The notes under the pieces: generated by a model
What the model saw: the letters and a program-made list of their open reading frames with translations, nothing else
Database searches by the model: none
Told to the model about the DNA's origin: nothing
Position numbers and translations under genes: made by a program
Shown: positions 36,071-47,300 of the stretch, piece by piece
Position numbering within the stretch: position 1 is the stretch's first letter
Layout: each line of letters begins with the position of its first letter
Origin: Pseudomonadota bacterium
Lineage (GTDB): Bacteria > Bdellovibrionota_B > Oligoflexia > Oligoflexales > CAIYRB01
Reading direction: 5' to 3'
Assembly: GCA_026390445.1 (NCBI GenBank)
Contig: JAPLFX010000031.1
Location: 31,768-95,767, forward strand
DNA: 64,000 nt

Positions 36071-39000
36071 CGTGGCTCCCCGACGACGCGAAACGACGAC
36101 CAATAGGCGGGGTGATTGAAATACCTTCTGACCACTTTCTGCGCATGGCGCATGGCCTCGGCACGCGACTCACCTGCGGCTAGATAGCGATAAAAGCGCT
36201 TCATCAAAACGGCACTGGCCACGTCGCTGATACGCCAGAGACTAGAGACAACGGTATTGGCTCCGGCGTAAAAAAATGCGCGCTCCATGCCGATGATTTC
36301 ATCCCCAGAGGACAGTCGGCCGAGGCCGCTGTCGCAGGCCGACAGCGTCACTAGATCGGCTCTTGAATCCAAGGCAAAGATATCAGCGACCGAAAGATCG
36401 CCCTCTTCGCCCGACTTTGACGCGAGAAACAACCGCGATTCCGCCGGATTATTGGGCCGGAACTCGGCATGGGTAGCTAAATGCAGCACATCCAATTTGG
36501 GCGCCCATTCGCGCACCGCAGCCTTGGTGGCAGCAGCCCCTTGGCGCTGATCGCGAGCAGGAAAATATCTCCCCATCACCTCGACTTCTTTACTGGCAAA
36601 AGGCAGCGCCTGAGCTGCTGCCGTCTCACCCGTGGGATTTGCCAGGGCGAGGATGCGGGTCGATGCGCCTAGGTGCCGAGGCTTAGGATCAAGAGTAAAG
36701 CGCGCCATCGTCGCACTCGTGAGATAGGACACGGCAAAGCGGTCGATGACATCTTCGCTAGGGCCGAGAGGAAGCGCCGCAAACGGTAAAAAGTGCAGGC
36801 TGCCATGCGGAACAATGGCCAAGTGCTTGGCGGTGCCGATTTGACTTAGCACCGGCGTCAGCAAAAGATCGGCAAGCTCTTTACCAAGATAGTCCGTCGA
36901 TGAGAAGTTCTGCATGAGCTCGCGGTATTCGCGTACTTTCGCGAGTAAATCCTTAGCCGGCATAGGCACGGCCTTGCCGCTGATCTGGCCGTCTATGAGC
37001 CACCAGATCAGGAGGTGATCCGTGGTGACCTGGTACTCGATCAGTGCGGTACCAGGCCCGAGCAGACGGCTGAGTTCCTCCTTGGTGATGGCATCGACAA
37101 GGGAAAAGTTCCCCCACTGCGCCTTTTCTTGGGGATTTGTGGGTACCTTCAGGTGCCTTCGCTGCGTCCCGAGGGCGTCGATAAAAGCCCGCCCACGCCC
37201 GCGCTCGCTAACCGTCCAGGCTTGCTCATATCGCCCTAGTTGGGTCAGTACAGCACTATATCCACCGTACACTTGCTGTACACCCACATCGGAAATAAAG
37301 CCGCTGCGTGAATCCTCTGATTTTAAACCAGCGCTCATCGCCTCAATCACCTTCAATGCCTCGGCGTAAGAGGCAGCGGCCTCGTTTTGAGCGTCACGCT
37401 TATGTTGAGCGGCTGCTATGCCAGCATGTGCCCGCCACACAAAGTCGCGCATCGCCCCCTTGACTGAGATAGCTAGAGCTTTGCGAAAATAAGCCTCAGC
37501 ATCGCCCCACTGTCCTTCTCTCATCGCGATATCGCCAAGGCCAAACTGGCAATACGCTTCATTGTAGACCAAGTGGAGCTCTTCGCTGACAGCTAACGCA
37601 TCCTTTAATAAATCCTTGGCGCGGTTGAAGTCGCCCTTCAAAATAATACTCAGGCCCATATTGCGATGATCAAAAGCAATTGAGCTACGCGACTTTAGGT
37701 CGGTATCGATGCGTAAAGCCGCATCAAAAAAGGCGATCGATTGATCGACCGCACCGTACTCTCGCGCCCAGAAGCCATAGTTGTTGTAAAGCGATGCCAG
37801 CGGACCTTGAAGCTTATACTCCTGCGCTATCTTGACCGCTGCCTGAAACTCGGCAAAGGCTGATTTGTACTGACCAAGCTTACCGGCGATCATCGCCTTC
37901 ATACCCATGGCATCGACCTGTAGACCAACGCGGGCCAGCTGAACCTTTACAAGTGCCGCAGCGGCAATGGTCAACTCATTGCGATCTTTAGCCTCCTGGA
38001 AAAGCCCCGCACGAAAGTAGGCGTTGGTGAGCATCTGTGAAGCGCGCACCCACAGGACCGTTTGCTTAGCACGGTCGATATTCGGAATCACTTCCCGCTC
38101 CAAGATAGCCGACGCTGCATCCAGGTCGCCAATGGTCATCAAGGTGCTGCTCTTGTCGATCAAGACCGAGAGGTAGAGATCCTGTTTCTTTAGCGCCTTA
38201 AAAGCATCTGCTGCTTGGGTATAGTACTCCAGTGCTTTGACGCTATCGCTGAGATCGCGATTGTAAACATTGCCGATGTTTAGAAGCTGATTCGCCGCCT
38301 CATCAGGCTTAACCTTGACGTATAAGCCACGAGCCTGCTCATAAGCCGCCAAGGTGTCCTCGTAGCGATGTTGATTTTCAAAATTAATCGCACGGTATTG
38401 CCAAACCTTGCCGAGCTGATCGGGCATATCCTCGGACTTAAAGACCACTTCGGCCTGGTCTAGCAGCCGACCAGCAACATCCGCTTGACTGCCTTTGACG
38501 GCGATCGCCGCGGCCTCTAGCAGTGATCTAGCGTAGTCAACCGGATCCTTTTCATCCTTTTTGACTCCAGGAGCGGCCGGAGTCTGCACGGCTGGATTCA
38601 AGCGTTCTGCTAGGCGCATTTGAAACGGTAAGGCCCCTTCATAGTCTCGCTTTTGTACCAGAGACTGGACCAAGCCCTTAAGCGCCATGTCTTCGCTATC
38701 ACCCTTTGAAAGTCGCTGCGCGTCGTATAAAGAACGACGATAGAGCACGGCCGCCGCGTCAAAATCCTGATCCGCCTTGGCATCATCGGCCGCATCAAGG
38801 GCTTTGGGCAATTGCTCTTTAGCAAAGGACTCTTCATCTTTACCAGGAATTCCAGGATATCCAAGAACACGGCCCGAAAGCTGCGCCGCAGCTGCGGCTT
38901 CCCCCACCGACGAAGTCGCTAAAGTCGCATAGAACGCCGGCCAAACCGGTGGTCGTTTGCCGTCAGCCATAAAGACCGTCGGAACACCCGCGCTTAGGTG

Positions 39001-42000
39001 CGCCAAGGACAGAAACAGCCACCCATCGTGACCTTCGCCACTGGCGTCGAGATCGCGGTTTGCGCGCTCGACCTTGGCATAAATCACCGCAGTGGCACTC
39101 GGCAAGGTCGACCCTGCAAGGCGCTTTAGGGGAAGATCGCTCTGGCTCGAGCGCGCTCCTTTAAGACCAGCCGCCACTGTGCTTTCCCCTGGCTCGACGT
39201 CGTTTAGCCACAACGGTAGATCGATATGCAATAGATCATAAGGGGTCAAGCGGTCGAGCAGCGGCGCCGGCGCCTCAAGTGCCACCGCTTGCAAGGTACG
39301 CTTGGCATTGGCAGAGGCGAAGGTCGCTGCCGGCGGATCTTTCCCAACGTATCCCAAGCTCCCCTTGCCTAGGCGACGACCCTGAACGAATTCCGGCAGC
39401 AGGTCCAGAGCCGGGGCATACGCTACTAGGCGTTGCTGCAGGAGCCCATTGGCACTTCCTAGCTGTTCCCACGGCACGTCAAACAGCTCTTGATCGGGTA
39501 TGAGATAAACCGTTCCGCCTTGTTCAGGCATTGCTTTGCTTAGACCGGTGGTTTCGAATATCCGAGCATAGGTTGCCGCATCGAGGCTTTGCTTTGGCAA
39601 AACCTTACCGCGTCCCGTGCTGACCTTACCTTTTGCCATCAGCACAGCGTAGACATCGCCGGCGAACGATTTATGCACCCAAAGTGCCGCATCGGTATCA
39701 CCAAGCGCCTTAAAAATCTGTGGCGTGTCGCGTAGCGCCAACAGCTTATGGCTGCGAGCCTGGTCCAAACCGGAGCGCTGAGCCATATCGCTAAGCCGCA
39801 TCAAAGCAAACCGCCGCACCAAGGTCAATGCCACTGCCGCATCCGGATTGGTCCACGCCGCGTCGAGCTGCCCCTCGAATAATTGCCGTGCCAAGCGTCG
39901 ATCCGGCGGCGTGCGCATCACACCACCCGAAGCAATCCAGCGGTCCAGGGCCTCGAAGGCTTTCGTGGTGCTACCAGCTTGGGCGAGACTCTTCCACTGA
40001 GTTTCGCCTTCTGTCGCCACACCTGGTACGAAATGCTGGTACGCCAGGACCGCACCGAGCGATGTTGCGGGCGGCGCAGCGATGGCTTTATAAACCGCAA
40101 GAGACTCTTCGAGACCGGCTTTAGCTGCTGTATCCGTCTTCGCGCCACCTACCGTTAAACGCAGCGATGAGGCGAGTTCTAAGCTAGCCGCCAGCGGCCG
40201 GCCTTGTGCTTTGACGCCACTTTGGTAGATCGGCCGCAGCTGTGCGGACGTGGCGTCAAGATCGGCTAGTTCACCGGCCAGCTCCTTGCTGCCAAGTAAC
40301 GTCAGACTCGCTAGCCGTAGCGCCACCCGTGCCCGGTTGATACGGTTGGTTAATTCGCCGGGCGAACTCAGTTTTTGGTCAGCACCTGCTGCCACTTTCG
40401 CCGCAAAGGCGGCGGCCGCATACGCTAACTTTGCACCACTGTGAAATCCGGCCTTTAGGCGCAGGTCACCGATGGCATTATCGACCAGAGCCTCACTCTC
40501 GGCCAGATGCTTTTTCTCTTGGCCCGAGGCATCCTGCAAAACCTTCAAGCGCTCCTCGTTGGTGGCGAGCGCCAAGTCGAGTCGCCCCATCTTTTCGTAG
40601 ATTTCCGCCCGAAATGACAGAATAAGCAACCGTCTCGTGAGGAAATCAAAACCCTTGGCCGCCGAGCTACCACCGCCTAAAGCGATCTTAATCGACGTAT
40701 CCTTGCTCTTCTTCGCCTCCTCCGCCGCCAACTTATCCGGGCTTTGCAGCACCAAGTTGAGCGCGGCCTCGGCCTTGTCAAACAGCACGAGCGCACCGCT
40801 ATAGTCGTGGCGCATGAAGGCGCAGTAACCGAGGTTGGATAGGGTCCCGACTAAATTCACCTCTTGTCCGGTACGTTCCTGGATGCGACTCAGGCGCTCA
40901 TACAAGGTCGCGGCTTCAATGAAGTCGCCCTGTTCGCGCCGACTCAATGCCAATGCATCTAGCGAGTAAGCAATGCGTTCATCTTTGCCAACCCGTTCCC
41001 AGGCAGCCAAGGCTTGCCGCTGTAAATCTGCAGCCAAGCCCAGCTCATCGATTTGAAAGGCCGAGCGCCCGGCGCGCTCAAACAAAATCGCTTCAGCTCG
41101 AGCGTCGCGCATGGGGATCACTGAGAGTAGATGCACCCTCTGCAAATAATAGTCCAAGCACTTTTTATAGTTGTGCAGGGAATAGTAAGCTTGGCCGAGA
41201 TTTTGCGCCAACCCAGCCCGTTCAACCGACGCGGGCTGACTAAGAAAATAGGCGTTTTGATACGCCTCAATCGCCAACTCGCGCCAGTCTGGGTCACCGG
41301 CACCAAAGAAATCCCGCACTAAGCTACCGCGTTGGCTTAGCGAGCCCACCATAGACCCGGACCGGTAGTATTGCCAAACGGTGAAGTTCTTCTGCATGTA
41401 CAGCCAACCAAGCGTTTGATGGATCTGTAAAATCTGCCCGTTGAGTTGGCGCGCCCTTTCGACCAGTTCGGTGGCCTCATCGATCGCCGCAAGGCGCGCG
41501 CTAGGACCTACGGCTTGATCGATGGTGTAGGTTTTCGCATAGCCGTAGATATAGACCCATTCGGCACTCTCCGGCTGCTCGCTGACATGATGGGCGTACT
41601 CTTCGACCAAGTTACTGAGTGTCTGGTTCATAAATGCAGCATCGATGCGCCCACGGTGGGCACTGATATTTCGCTCATCTAGGGCCAAAACCTGCGCATA
41701 GACCTTCATTGCCAAGCCGGGTTCCCGCTGCTTTAGGAGGTCTTCGCCGCGACTTAGGTAGAATGCAAAGAGCAGTTCTTTGGCCTGAGCGATATACTCC
41801 GGACGGCCGCGCTCTAGACCTTGAGCCAAGCGCTTGAGGGACGACTCGGCCAAGGCAAAGCGCTCTGCCTTTAGATCGAGTGGTAACAGGCGCGTTGCCG
41901 CCTCCACCATGATTTCCGGTGACTCCGGATAAAGATCAATGATTTGGCGAAGCTCATTGGCAGCGACCGCCTCCTTTCCCTGAGCCAAGAAGATGTCTGC

Positions 42001-43749
42001 GATCCGCATGTGCGCAAGAGCAGGCATCAGTGGAATGCCCTTAGCAGACACGCGCAAGGCCACCAATTGCTCCAGCCGGTCATTATGCCGTTCAAGCAGA
42101 CTTATCGCCGCATGGGCCGCCCGCCGTGCGACCTCGCGTTGGTCTGGATACGTAGCAGCAACCTCCTTGAGGACTTTGACAGCCGTATCATCATCGGCTG
42201 TCGCCGGTGTGATGACGCCCGCATAGTAAGCGGCCTCAGCCGCCAGTCTACGGTCTCCACCGTAGCTCTTGGCCACCTGCGCAAGGAGCTGATTGGCCGC
42301 AAAGTATTGCCGCTGTGCGGCCAGGATTTGCGCTTTGAGTAGCTCAGCCTGACCAATGACCCGCTTTGAGGATTGACTCCTTTTTGCGATAGTCTCCGTA
42401 CGGACCAGTAACTCCACCAGTTTTTGTGTCTGCTCAACGGTGAGATTCTCGGTGAACTTTGGATAACCAATCGGCTCTAGGTCCAACAAGATCATGGCAA
42501 GGTCAGCCAGTGCGTGGATCGCCGGATCAAAGCCCGATTGCGCCTTAAGCTTGGCGTAGACCCACTTCGCTTCGACAGTGCGCCCATGCTGCACGACCCA
42601 CTGCAATTCGCGCAGGGCACACTCCGCAGCAAGGTCGTCTTGATGCGCCAAGGCAAAGGCAGCCTCGGCGCGACGGAGTATCAAGGACTTTTCATATTCA
42701 TTTGAACGCTGATCAAACTGTGCCAACACCACGGCCATATCAGAACTTAGCTTGCTCTGACCAAATTCAGGAAAGCGAAAGATATCCAGACCCAATTCGG
42801 TCTTGAGAGCGGCATACAAATAGGGTCCGCGAATCTGCGGCGAATACGCGGCAAAGGACGCGGCGGTGAGCGGCACGATCAAGTAGTTTTCGCGTTGCTT
42901 CGCCTGCCTCTGGAGCGCTAAATCGAGCCGCCAAATGGTCGGTTGATCATCACCGTCTAGCTTTCCATCACCGTTGGTATCATCGCTGTAGCGAATAAAC
43001 AGCAGGGACTTGCCATCACCGGTAAACCTCGGTTGCCCATCCTGCAGCAGCCCACCAGCGGTCACTTGTTCGATTTTGCGCGTGTCCATATGATAAATGT
43101 AAAGGGCGCCCAGGTTGACATAGGCCACCATCGTCCCATCAGGAGACACGCTAGGTTGGTCTCCTTTCAGGTCAGCGAGCGGCTCGGGCGTCAGCGTATC
43201 CAGGTCCGCCACCATCAACGCTGGCTGCTTGTCTCCAGGCAAGCGCGCCGCGAATACCACGCGGTCGCTACCAGGGAACCACGAGGGGTTCGTGTCCTCG
43301 GTTTGTGGCGAGTTAATATCAAGTACGGTCCCTTCGGGATTGCCAAAGAACTTCGCCCACGACCTGCCCAATTTCAGAACATGCACATCGCCAGCAGCAT
43401 CGGTACGCCGCGAAATAAACGCAACGTATTTGCCATCTGGACTCAGCACCGGGGCAAAGTCATCGGCCGAATGATTGGTCACCAGACGACCAAATCCACC
43501 GACCGTGGGCTTCACCCAAAGATCCTTATTGCCACCGCGGTCGGAGGTGTAAAAGACATACTCGCCGTTGGGCGACAGATCAGGCGAAAAATTTGATTCG
43601 CTGCCCGCAGTCACTTGCTCGGGCGTGTAAAAGCTCAAACCTGGCGTGTAAGACTCCGGGTGAAAATCCTCCAGATAGCGCCGGCTCTGGCATGCTCCTG
43701 CTAGGAGCACAACCACCATGCATACACAGAGCCGCCCGCTGCTGCTCAT
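36067..43749 (-). CDS. giant predicted lipoprotein: TolB-type PD40 beta-propeller + extended TPR arrays + degenerate CHAT-like module + C-terminal catalytic CHAT domain
   Basis: ATG 43749 overlaps the upstream TGA (ATGA). The signal is MSSSGRLCVCMVVVLLAGAC. PD40 repeats include FSPDLSPNGEYVFYTSDRGGNKDLW, FAPVLSPDGKYVAFISRR, PSVSPDGTMVAYV and PRFTGDGKSLLFI (about 42930-43640). Hundreds of residues of TPR-like helices follow. The middle CHAT-like module (about 38880-39530) contains TVYLIPDQELFDVPWEQL. The C-terminal CHAT has HLAIVPHGSLHFLPFAAL, LHLATHAEF (His codon 36489-36491) and VTLSACDSG (Cys codon 36334-36336). Confidence 0.75.
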   Translation of the reverse strand: MSSSGRLCVCMVVVLLAGACQSRRYLEDFHPESYTPGLSFYTPEQVTAGSESNFSPDLSPNGEYVFYTSDRGGNKDLWVKPTVGGFGRLVTNHSADDFAPVLSPDGKYVAFISRRTDAAGDVHVLKLGRSWAKFFGNPEGTVLDINSPQTEDTNPSWFPGSDRVVFAARLPGDKQPALMVADLDTLTPEPLADLKGDQPSVSPDGTMVAYVNLGALYIYHMDTRKIEQVTAGGLLQDGQPRFTGDGKSLLFIRYSDDTNGDGKLDGDDQPTIWRLDLALQRQAKQRENYLIVPLTAASFAAYSPQIRGPYLYAALKTELGLDIFRFPEFGQSKLSSDMAVVLAQFDQRSNEYEKSLILRRAEAAFALAHQDDLAAECALRELQWVVQHGRTVEAKWVYAKLKAQSGFDPAIHALADLAMILLDLEPIGYPKFTENLTVEQTQKLVELLVRTETIAKRSQSSKRVIGQAELLKAQILAAQRQYFAANQLLAQVAKSYGGDRRLAAEAAYYAGVITPATADDDTAVKVLKEVAATYPDQREVARRAAHAAISLLERHNDRLEQLVALRVSAKGIPLMPALAHMRIADIFLAQGKEAVAANELRQIIDLYPESPEIMVEAATRLLPLDLKAERFALAESSLKRLAQGLERGRPEYIAQAKELLFAFYLSRGEDLLKQREPGLAMKVYAQVLALDERNISAHRGRIDAAFMNQTLSNLVEEYAHHVSEQPESAEWVYIYGYAKTYTIDQAVGPSARLAAIDEATELVERARQLNGQILQIHQTLGWLYMQKNFTVWQYYRSGSMVGSLSQRGSLVRDFFGAGDPDWRELAIEAYQNAYFLSQPASVERAGLAQNLGQAYYSLHNYKKCLDYYLQRVHLLSVIPMRDARAEAILFERAGRSAFQIDELGLAADLQRQALAAWERVGKDERIAYSLDALALSRREQGDFIEAATLYERLSRIQERTGQEVNLVGTLSNLGYCAFMRHDYSGALVLFDKAEAALNLVLQSPDKLAAEEAKKSKDTSIKIALGGGSSAAKGFDFLTRRLLILSFRAEIYEKMGRLDLALATNEERLKVLQDASGQEKKHLAESEALVDNAIGDLRLKAGFHSGAKLAYAAAAFAAKVAAGADQKLSSPGELTNRINRARVALRLASLTLLGSKELAGELADLDATSAQLRPIYQSGVKAQGRPLAASLELASSLRLTVGGAKTDTAAKAGLEESLAVYKAIAAPPATSLGAVLAYQHFVPGVATEGETQWKSLAQAGSTTKAFEALDRWIASGGVMRTPPDRRLARQLFEGQLDAAWTNPDAAVALTLVRRFALMRLSDMAQRSGLDQARSHKLLALRDTPQIFKALGDTDAALWVHKSFAGDVYAVLMAKGKVSTGRGKVLPKQSLDAATYARIFETTGLSKAMPEQGGTVYLIPDQELFDVPWEQLGSANGLLQQRLVAYAPALDLLPEFVQGRRLGKGSLGYVGKDPPAATFASANAKRTLQAVALEAPAPLLDRLTPYDLLHIDLPLWLNDVEPGESTVAAGLKGARSSQSDLPLKRLAGSTLPSATAVIYAKVERANRDLDASGEGHDGWLFLSLAHLSAGVPTVFMADGKRPPVWPAFYATLATSSVGEAAAAAQLSGRVLGYPGIPGKDEESFAKEQLPKALDAADDAKADQDFDAAAVLYRRSLYDAQRLSKGDSEDMALKGLVQSLVQKRDYEGALPFQMRLAERLNPAVQTPAAPGVKKDEKDPVDYARSLLEAAAIAVKGSQADVAGRLLDQAEVVFKSEDMPDQLGKVWQYRAINFENQHRYEDTLAAYEQARGLYVKVKPDEAANQLLNIGNVYNRDLSDSVKALEYYTQAADAFKALKKQDLYLSVLIDKSSTLMTIGDLDAASAILEREVIPNIDRAKQTVLWVRASQMLTNAYFRAGLFQEAKDRNELTIAAAALVKVQLARVGLQVDAMGMKAMIAGKLGQYKSAFAEFQAAVKIAQEYKLQGPLASLYNNYGFWAREYGAVDQSIAFFDAALRIDTDLKSRSSIAFDHRNMGLSIILKGDFNRAKDLLKDALAVSEELHLVYNEAYCQFGLGDIAMREGQWGDAEAYFRKALAISVKGAMRDFVWRAHAGIAAAQHKRDAQNEAAASYAEALKVIEAMSAGLKSEDSRSGFISDVGVQQVYGGYSAVLTQLGRYEQAWTVSERGRGRAFIDALGTQRRHLKVPTNPQEKAQWGNFSLVDAITKEELSRLLGPGTALIEYQVTTDHLLIWWLIDGQISGKAVPMPAKDLLAKVREYRELMQNFSSTDYLGKELADLLLTPVLSQIGTAKHLAIVPHGSLHFLPFAALPLGPSEDVIDRFAVSYLTSATMARFTLDPKPRHLGASTRILALANPTGETAAAQALPFASKEVEVMGRYFPARDQRQGAAATKAAVREWAPKLDVLHLATHAEFRPNNPAESRLFLASKSGEEGDLSVADIFALDSRADLVTLSACDSGLGRLSSGDEIIGMERAFFYAGANTVVSSLWRISDVASAVLMKRFYRYLAAGESRAEAMRHAQKVVRRYFNHPAYWSSFRVVGEPR

Positions 43750-44351
43750 AACCTGCCTGCGCCATGCGACGGCTTTTGCACCCATGACCCCGTGTCCTCT
43801 TGATACCAGACCCCACCAGCGGCGCTGTCCCGCAGCATCTTGGCGTAGGTCATCTTGACGTTTGGCAGGTCGCGAGCGGAGAGGTGTTCATTAGCATCGA
43901 TGATCCGCTGCCAGATGGCTTGACGGTCACGGTTTTCTTCTGCCGCAATCTGTGCCGCCAAGGCATAGTCCTTGGTTGCAGGCGCCTCCCCCTTGACCAA
44001 GTGCCGAGGTAACAAGACGACAGTCCCTCCTGCCGCTTCGCCTAGGATCTGCTGCTGCTTGAGTTCGTCGATATCATCCTGATTGAATAGCTGATTTTGC
44101 CGTGCATCGAGCGCGCCCTGCTTGCTGGCTGAAACTTTGACGGGAGCCGTATCGACCTTGGTTTTGAGGCCGCGGACTGACGAGGCAAGGATCAAATCGT
44201 CATCGAGTTCTTTATAGGTGCCCATGACTTGGTTTTCCAAGGCCGTACGCTGACTCGTCACATCAAAATTGAAGGTACAGCCCGCCAATCCCATTCCAGC
44301 AATCATCAACCATCCATTTATTTCGCGCCGCCTCACCCTGTCCTCCTTCAC
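43746..44351 (-). CDS. YdbL-like (DUF1318) lipoprotein with N-terminal extension
   Basis: The C-terminal half ILGEAAGG...IAAEENRDRQAIWQRIIDAN...GGVWYQEDTGSWVQK matches the DUF1318/YdbL pattern as I recall it. The lipobox is MIAGMGLAGC. GTG 44351 overlaps the upstream TGA (GTGA). The alternative GTG 44336 is preceded by AAGGAGG. Confidence 0.6.
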   Translation of the reverse strand: MKEDRVRRREINGWLMIAGMGLAGCTFNFDVTSQRTALENQVMGTYKELDDDLILASSVRGLKTKVDTAPVKVSASKQGALDARQNQLFNQDDIDELKQQQILGEAAGGTVVLLPRHLVKGEAPATKDYALAAQIAAEENRDRQAIWQRIIDANEHLSARDLPNVKMTYAKMLRDSAAGGVWYQEDTGSWVQKPSHGAGRL

Positions 44352-47300
44352 CCGGCTCCACTGGCAGCGGGAGCTGATTGATCTTTCACATTTTGCAGTA
44401 ACTGACTGATCGGGAAGTGACTTAGCTTAGGTAAAGGAATCGGCGCGCCGAGAAGTCGCAGATCGACATCCATACCGACCTCGCCATTTTTGAGCGGAAT
44501 GATCACCTGCCGCACTTCGCCAAAGGCCAGGGCCTTGCGGATATCGCCAATGGTTGGATTCTGCTCAAATGGATCGACGAAATACAAGATCATGCGCAAT
44601 TGCTCTTTGCCAATCGACGAGATGTCCAGACCTCCGGCGATATCATTCGAACGCATGTCAAAGACCAGATGCAGGGTCGCATCGATGTAGGGGTTGGAAA
44701 ATAGTTCAGACGACGAGGCCTTGCCGCTGAGGCTTGGGAAGCGTTCGATCAACTTTCTCGTATCAAGCCGCGTCAAATGCACTGAGGCGCGAAGGCTTTG
44801 CGGAATCGAACTTGGCACCGGATTTGACGCATCAAAGGCTAGCTGGAAGTCGCCCTCGATCTTGCCACCGAGAAAGCCGATGACGAACTGGTTTAGAGCG
44901 AACCAATTCTGGCGCAGCTCCATGTCAAACTCCATCTTCGAGAACTCCAGATTGGCGACTTCAAGGCGCTGGATCGAAAGCGGCCGCCTTTCTGGGTAGA
45001 ACGGCCTGATCGAGCCGTAATCAACCGTCGCCACCAGATTGCTTCCGGGCATAGGCCGGCTATCGCTCTTAGCCATGTAGGTCTGCACGGCATGAGCCAT
45101 GGACACCGCATCAGTATCCACTGCCGCATCACCGTCACTCGCAACGACGACCTCAGGAAGTGCCTGGCTTTGGCCAGGCAGCGAGGACCCAGCTGCGGCC
45201 ACCGTGGCAGCTTGATCTACTGGTAAGGTCGAAGTGGTCGCAGTCGTTGCTGGAGTCGGCTTTGGTATCTTGACCACTTGCCGAAATGGAATCTGGCCAT
45301 TCATCTTCTCTAGGGTGAGCAAGGCGGGATCATTTGGCTGTTTACCTGGCACCATCACATTGAAATGGGCAAACGACACGTAACCGTCAACGCCCACAGT
45401 ACGCATATCATCGCTATCTACGGCCAACCTAAGTCCCATGCGTCCGGAAGTCTTGATGCCGCCGGGGAGCTTCTCCTCGCCATTGTGTACGACCTGCGTA
45501 TCCAGTTTGGCATGAAGGCTTTGTGGTTGAAAATCAGCACCAATCCCTGCCGTCGCCCCAAGCTGAACGACGGTGCCGAACTCTGGCAGCCGCAGGGTTA
45601 AATCGTGCAGTACAAGATTGTTCATTTGCTCCTGGCTCACCCGACTGGTCAGTTGAAAATCGGCGACGGGATGAGGCAAAACGCCATCCATCGCGACTTT
45701 TCCCACAAACAATTTAGTTTCTACTTTGGTCAACATACGATGCAGCAGAGCATTCACCTGGCTGATGTCAACCGCCCCGTCGATGGTATTGTCGATACTC
45801 AGGTCAAACGCGAAGTGATCGACTGCCACCGGTTGCGGCGGCTTTTCCTCGGCAGCTGCAACGGACGCGGCCGCAGTCAACGGTGGAGCAGGTGCAGCCG
45901 CTGGAGCAGGTGTAGCTGCGTTGCCTTTGGTGACCGGGCCTGGGCTCTCAGCAGGCTTCGCCTGAGGCTTTGGCAAGATCAGAGTCAGCCTATCAAACTT
46001 TTGCGTGAAATCGAGCTTCTGTTGATGCGTCGAGCCCGCAAGGCTAAAACGCGTATCAAGGCCCTTGAGATCGATGTGATCAAGCGGCAACTTAGCATTG
46101 AGTTTGCTCACATTGAGCTGCGTGCTGAATTGAATATCCGCTTGTTCCACCAGCTCCTTAGGCGGCGTCGTGCGAGGATTCGGCAGGCGACCACGCAAGC
46201 CGAACTGAAGATCCACCGCACCCGACAGTTGGGTCGGCATCACCGCTGCGAGGTTCAGCGGTTCACTGAGTGGCAGCAGTATGGCATGAAGCTTGGCCAG
46301 TGAATTGAGACGTGCCTGCAGATTGGACCGAACGTGTGTACAGCTATCCAGGCAGTCGGCCATGGCGCTAAGCTCGGCAAGTCCTGTCAGCTCCAAGTTA
46401 GCGTTGAGCCCCAGGTGCTCCAGATCTTGGCGACCCTCGGCGTCGATATCTAAAAACAACGGCACATCGACCGGTGCGATATGCTCGCCTTTGGCCGTGA
46501 CGTGAGCTGCCTGGACATTCACCTTTAAGATTGGTGCCACCATCTGCGGCCAGAGGGCCCGAGCTGTGACCTTGGTGGTAAAGTCAGCTACACCGGCCGA
46601 CACCAAACCAAGTGGAGTTTGCTTTTCGGCTGTCACTTTGGGCAGATTGAGATCGAGGGCGACATCGACTTGTGAACCACCACCGCTTAGAGCTGGTCCG
46701 ACCGCAATGGATAAAGATCCATCCAGGGGCTCCATCGCAACCCCGGTCGCCGGGAGGTCGACGAAGACCTCGCTCAGCCACAGGGTTCCCGACACGTAAG
46801 GTAGGATCAAGTCCTTCGCCGCCGCTTTAAGCTTTTCTGGTTCGACCGTGCCGTTGATCTTAAAGTCTTCCAGGGAGATTTCTCCGGAGGCTTTGAGATC
46901 TGGCACAAAGGGCTTAGCGAGGGACGCCAGCTGCTTTAGATCTAAGTGCAGTTGCTGCTTCAATTTTAGCGTGATCTGCTCCATACGGCTGTCGGCCACG
47001 CTGATCGACCCGCCCAGGTTATAGCTGATGGCATCGGCTAGTTCGGCTTCCACGGTATCGATGCGTATGCCCTTTAAATCATCGCTGAGATTGACCGCGA
47101 CTTTGACCAAAGTCCTGAGGTCCTTGTAGCTCGCTGCAGGCGTCGCTACGTTGATGACCTGCGTCGCCAAATCGACCTTAGCCCGGGTCAGATTAGATAG
47201 TTCAAAGCGCAGTCCCAGTGCTGACTCGAGGCTGAGCGACCGCACCAACTTGGCTCCTGGTGCCGGCTCAGCATCAAGGGTGAGAGTCAAAGGACGTTCA

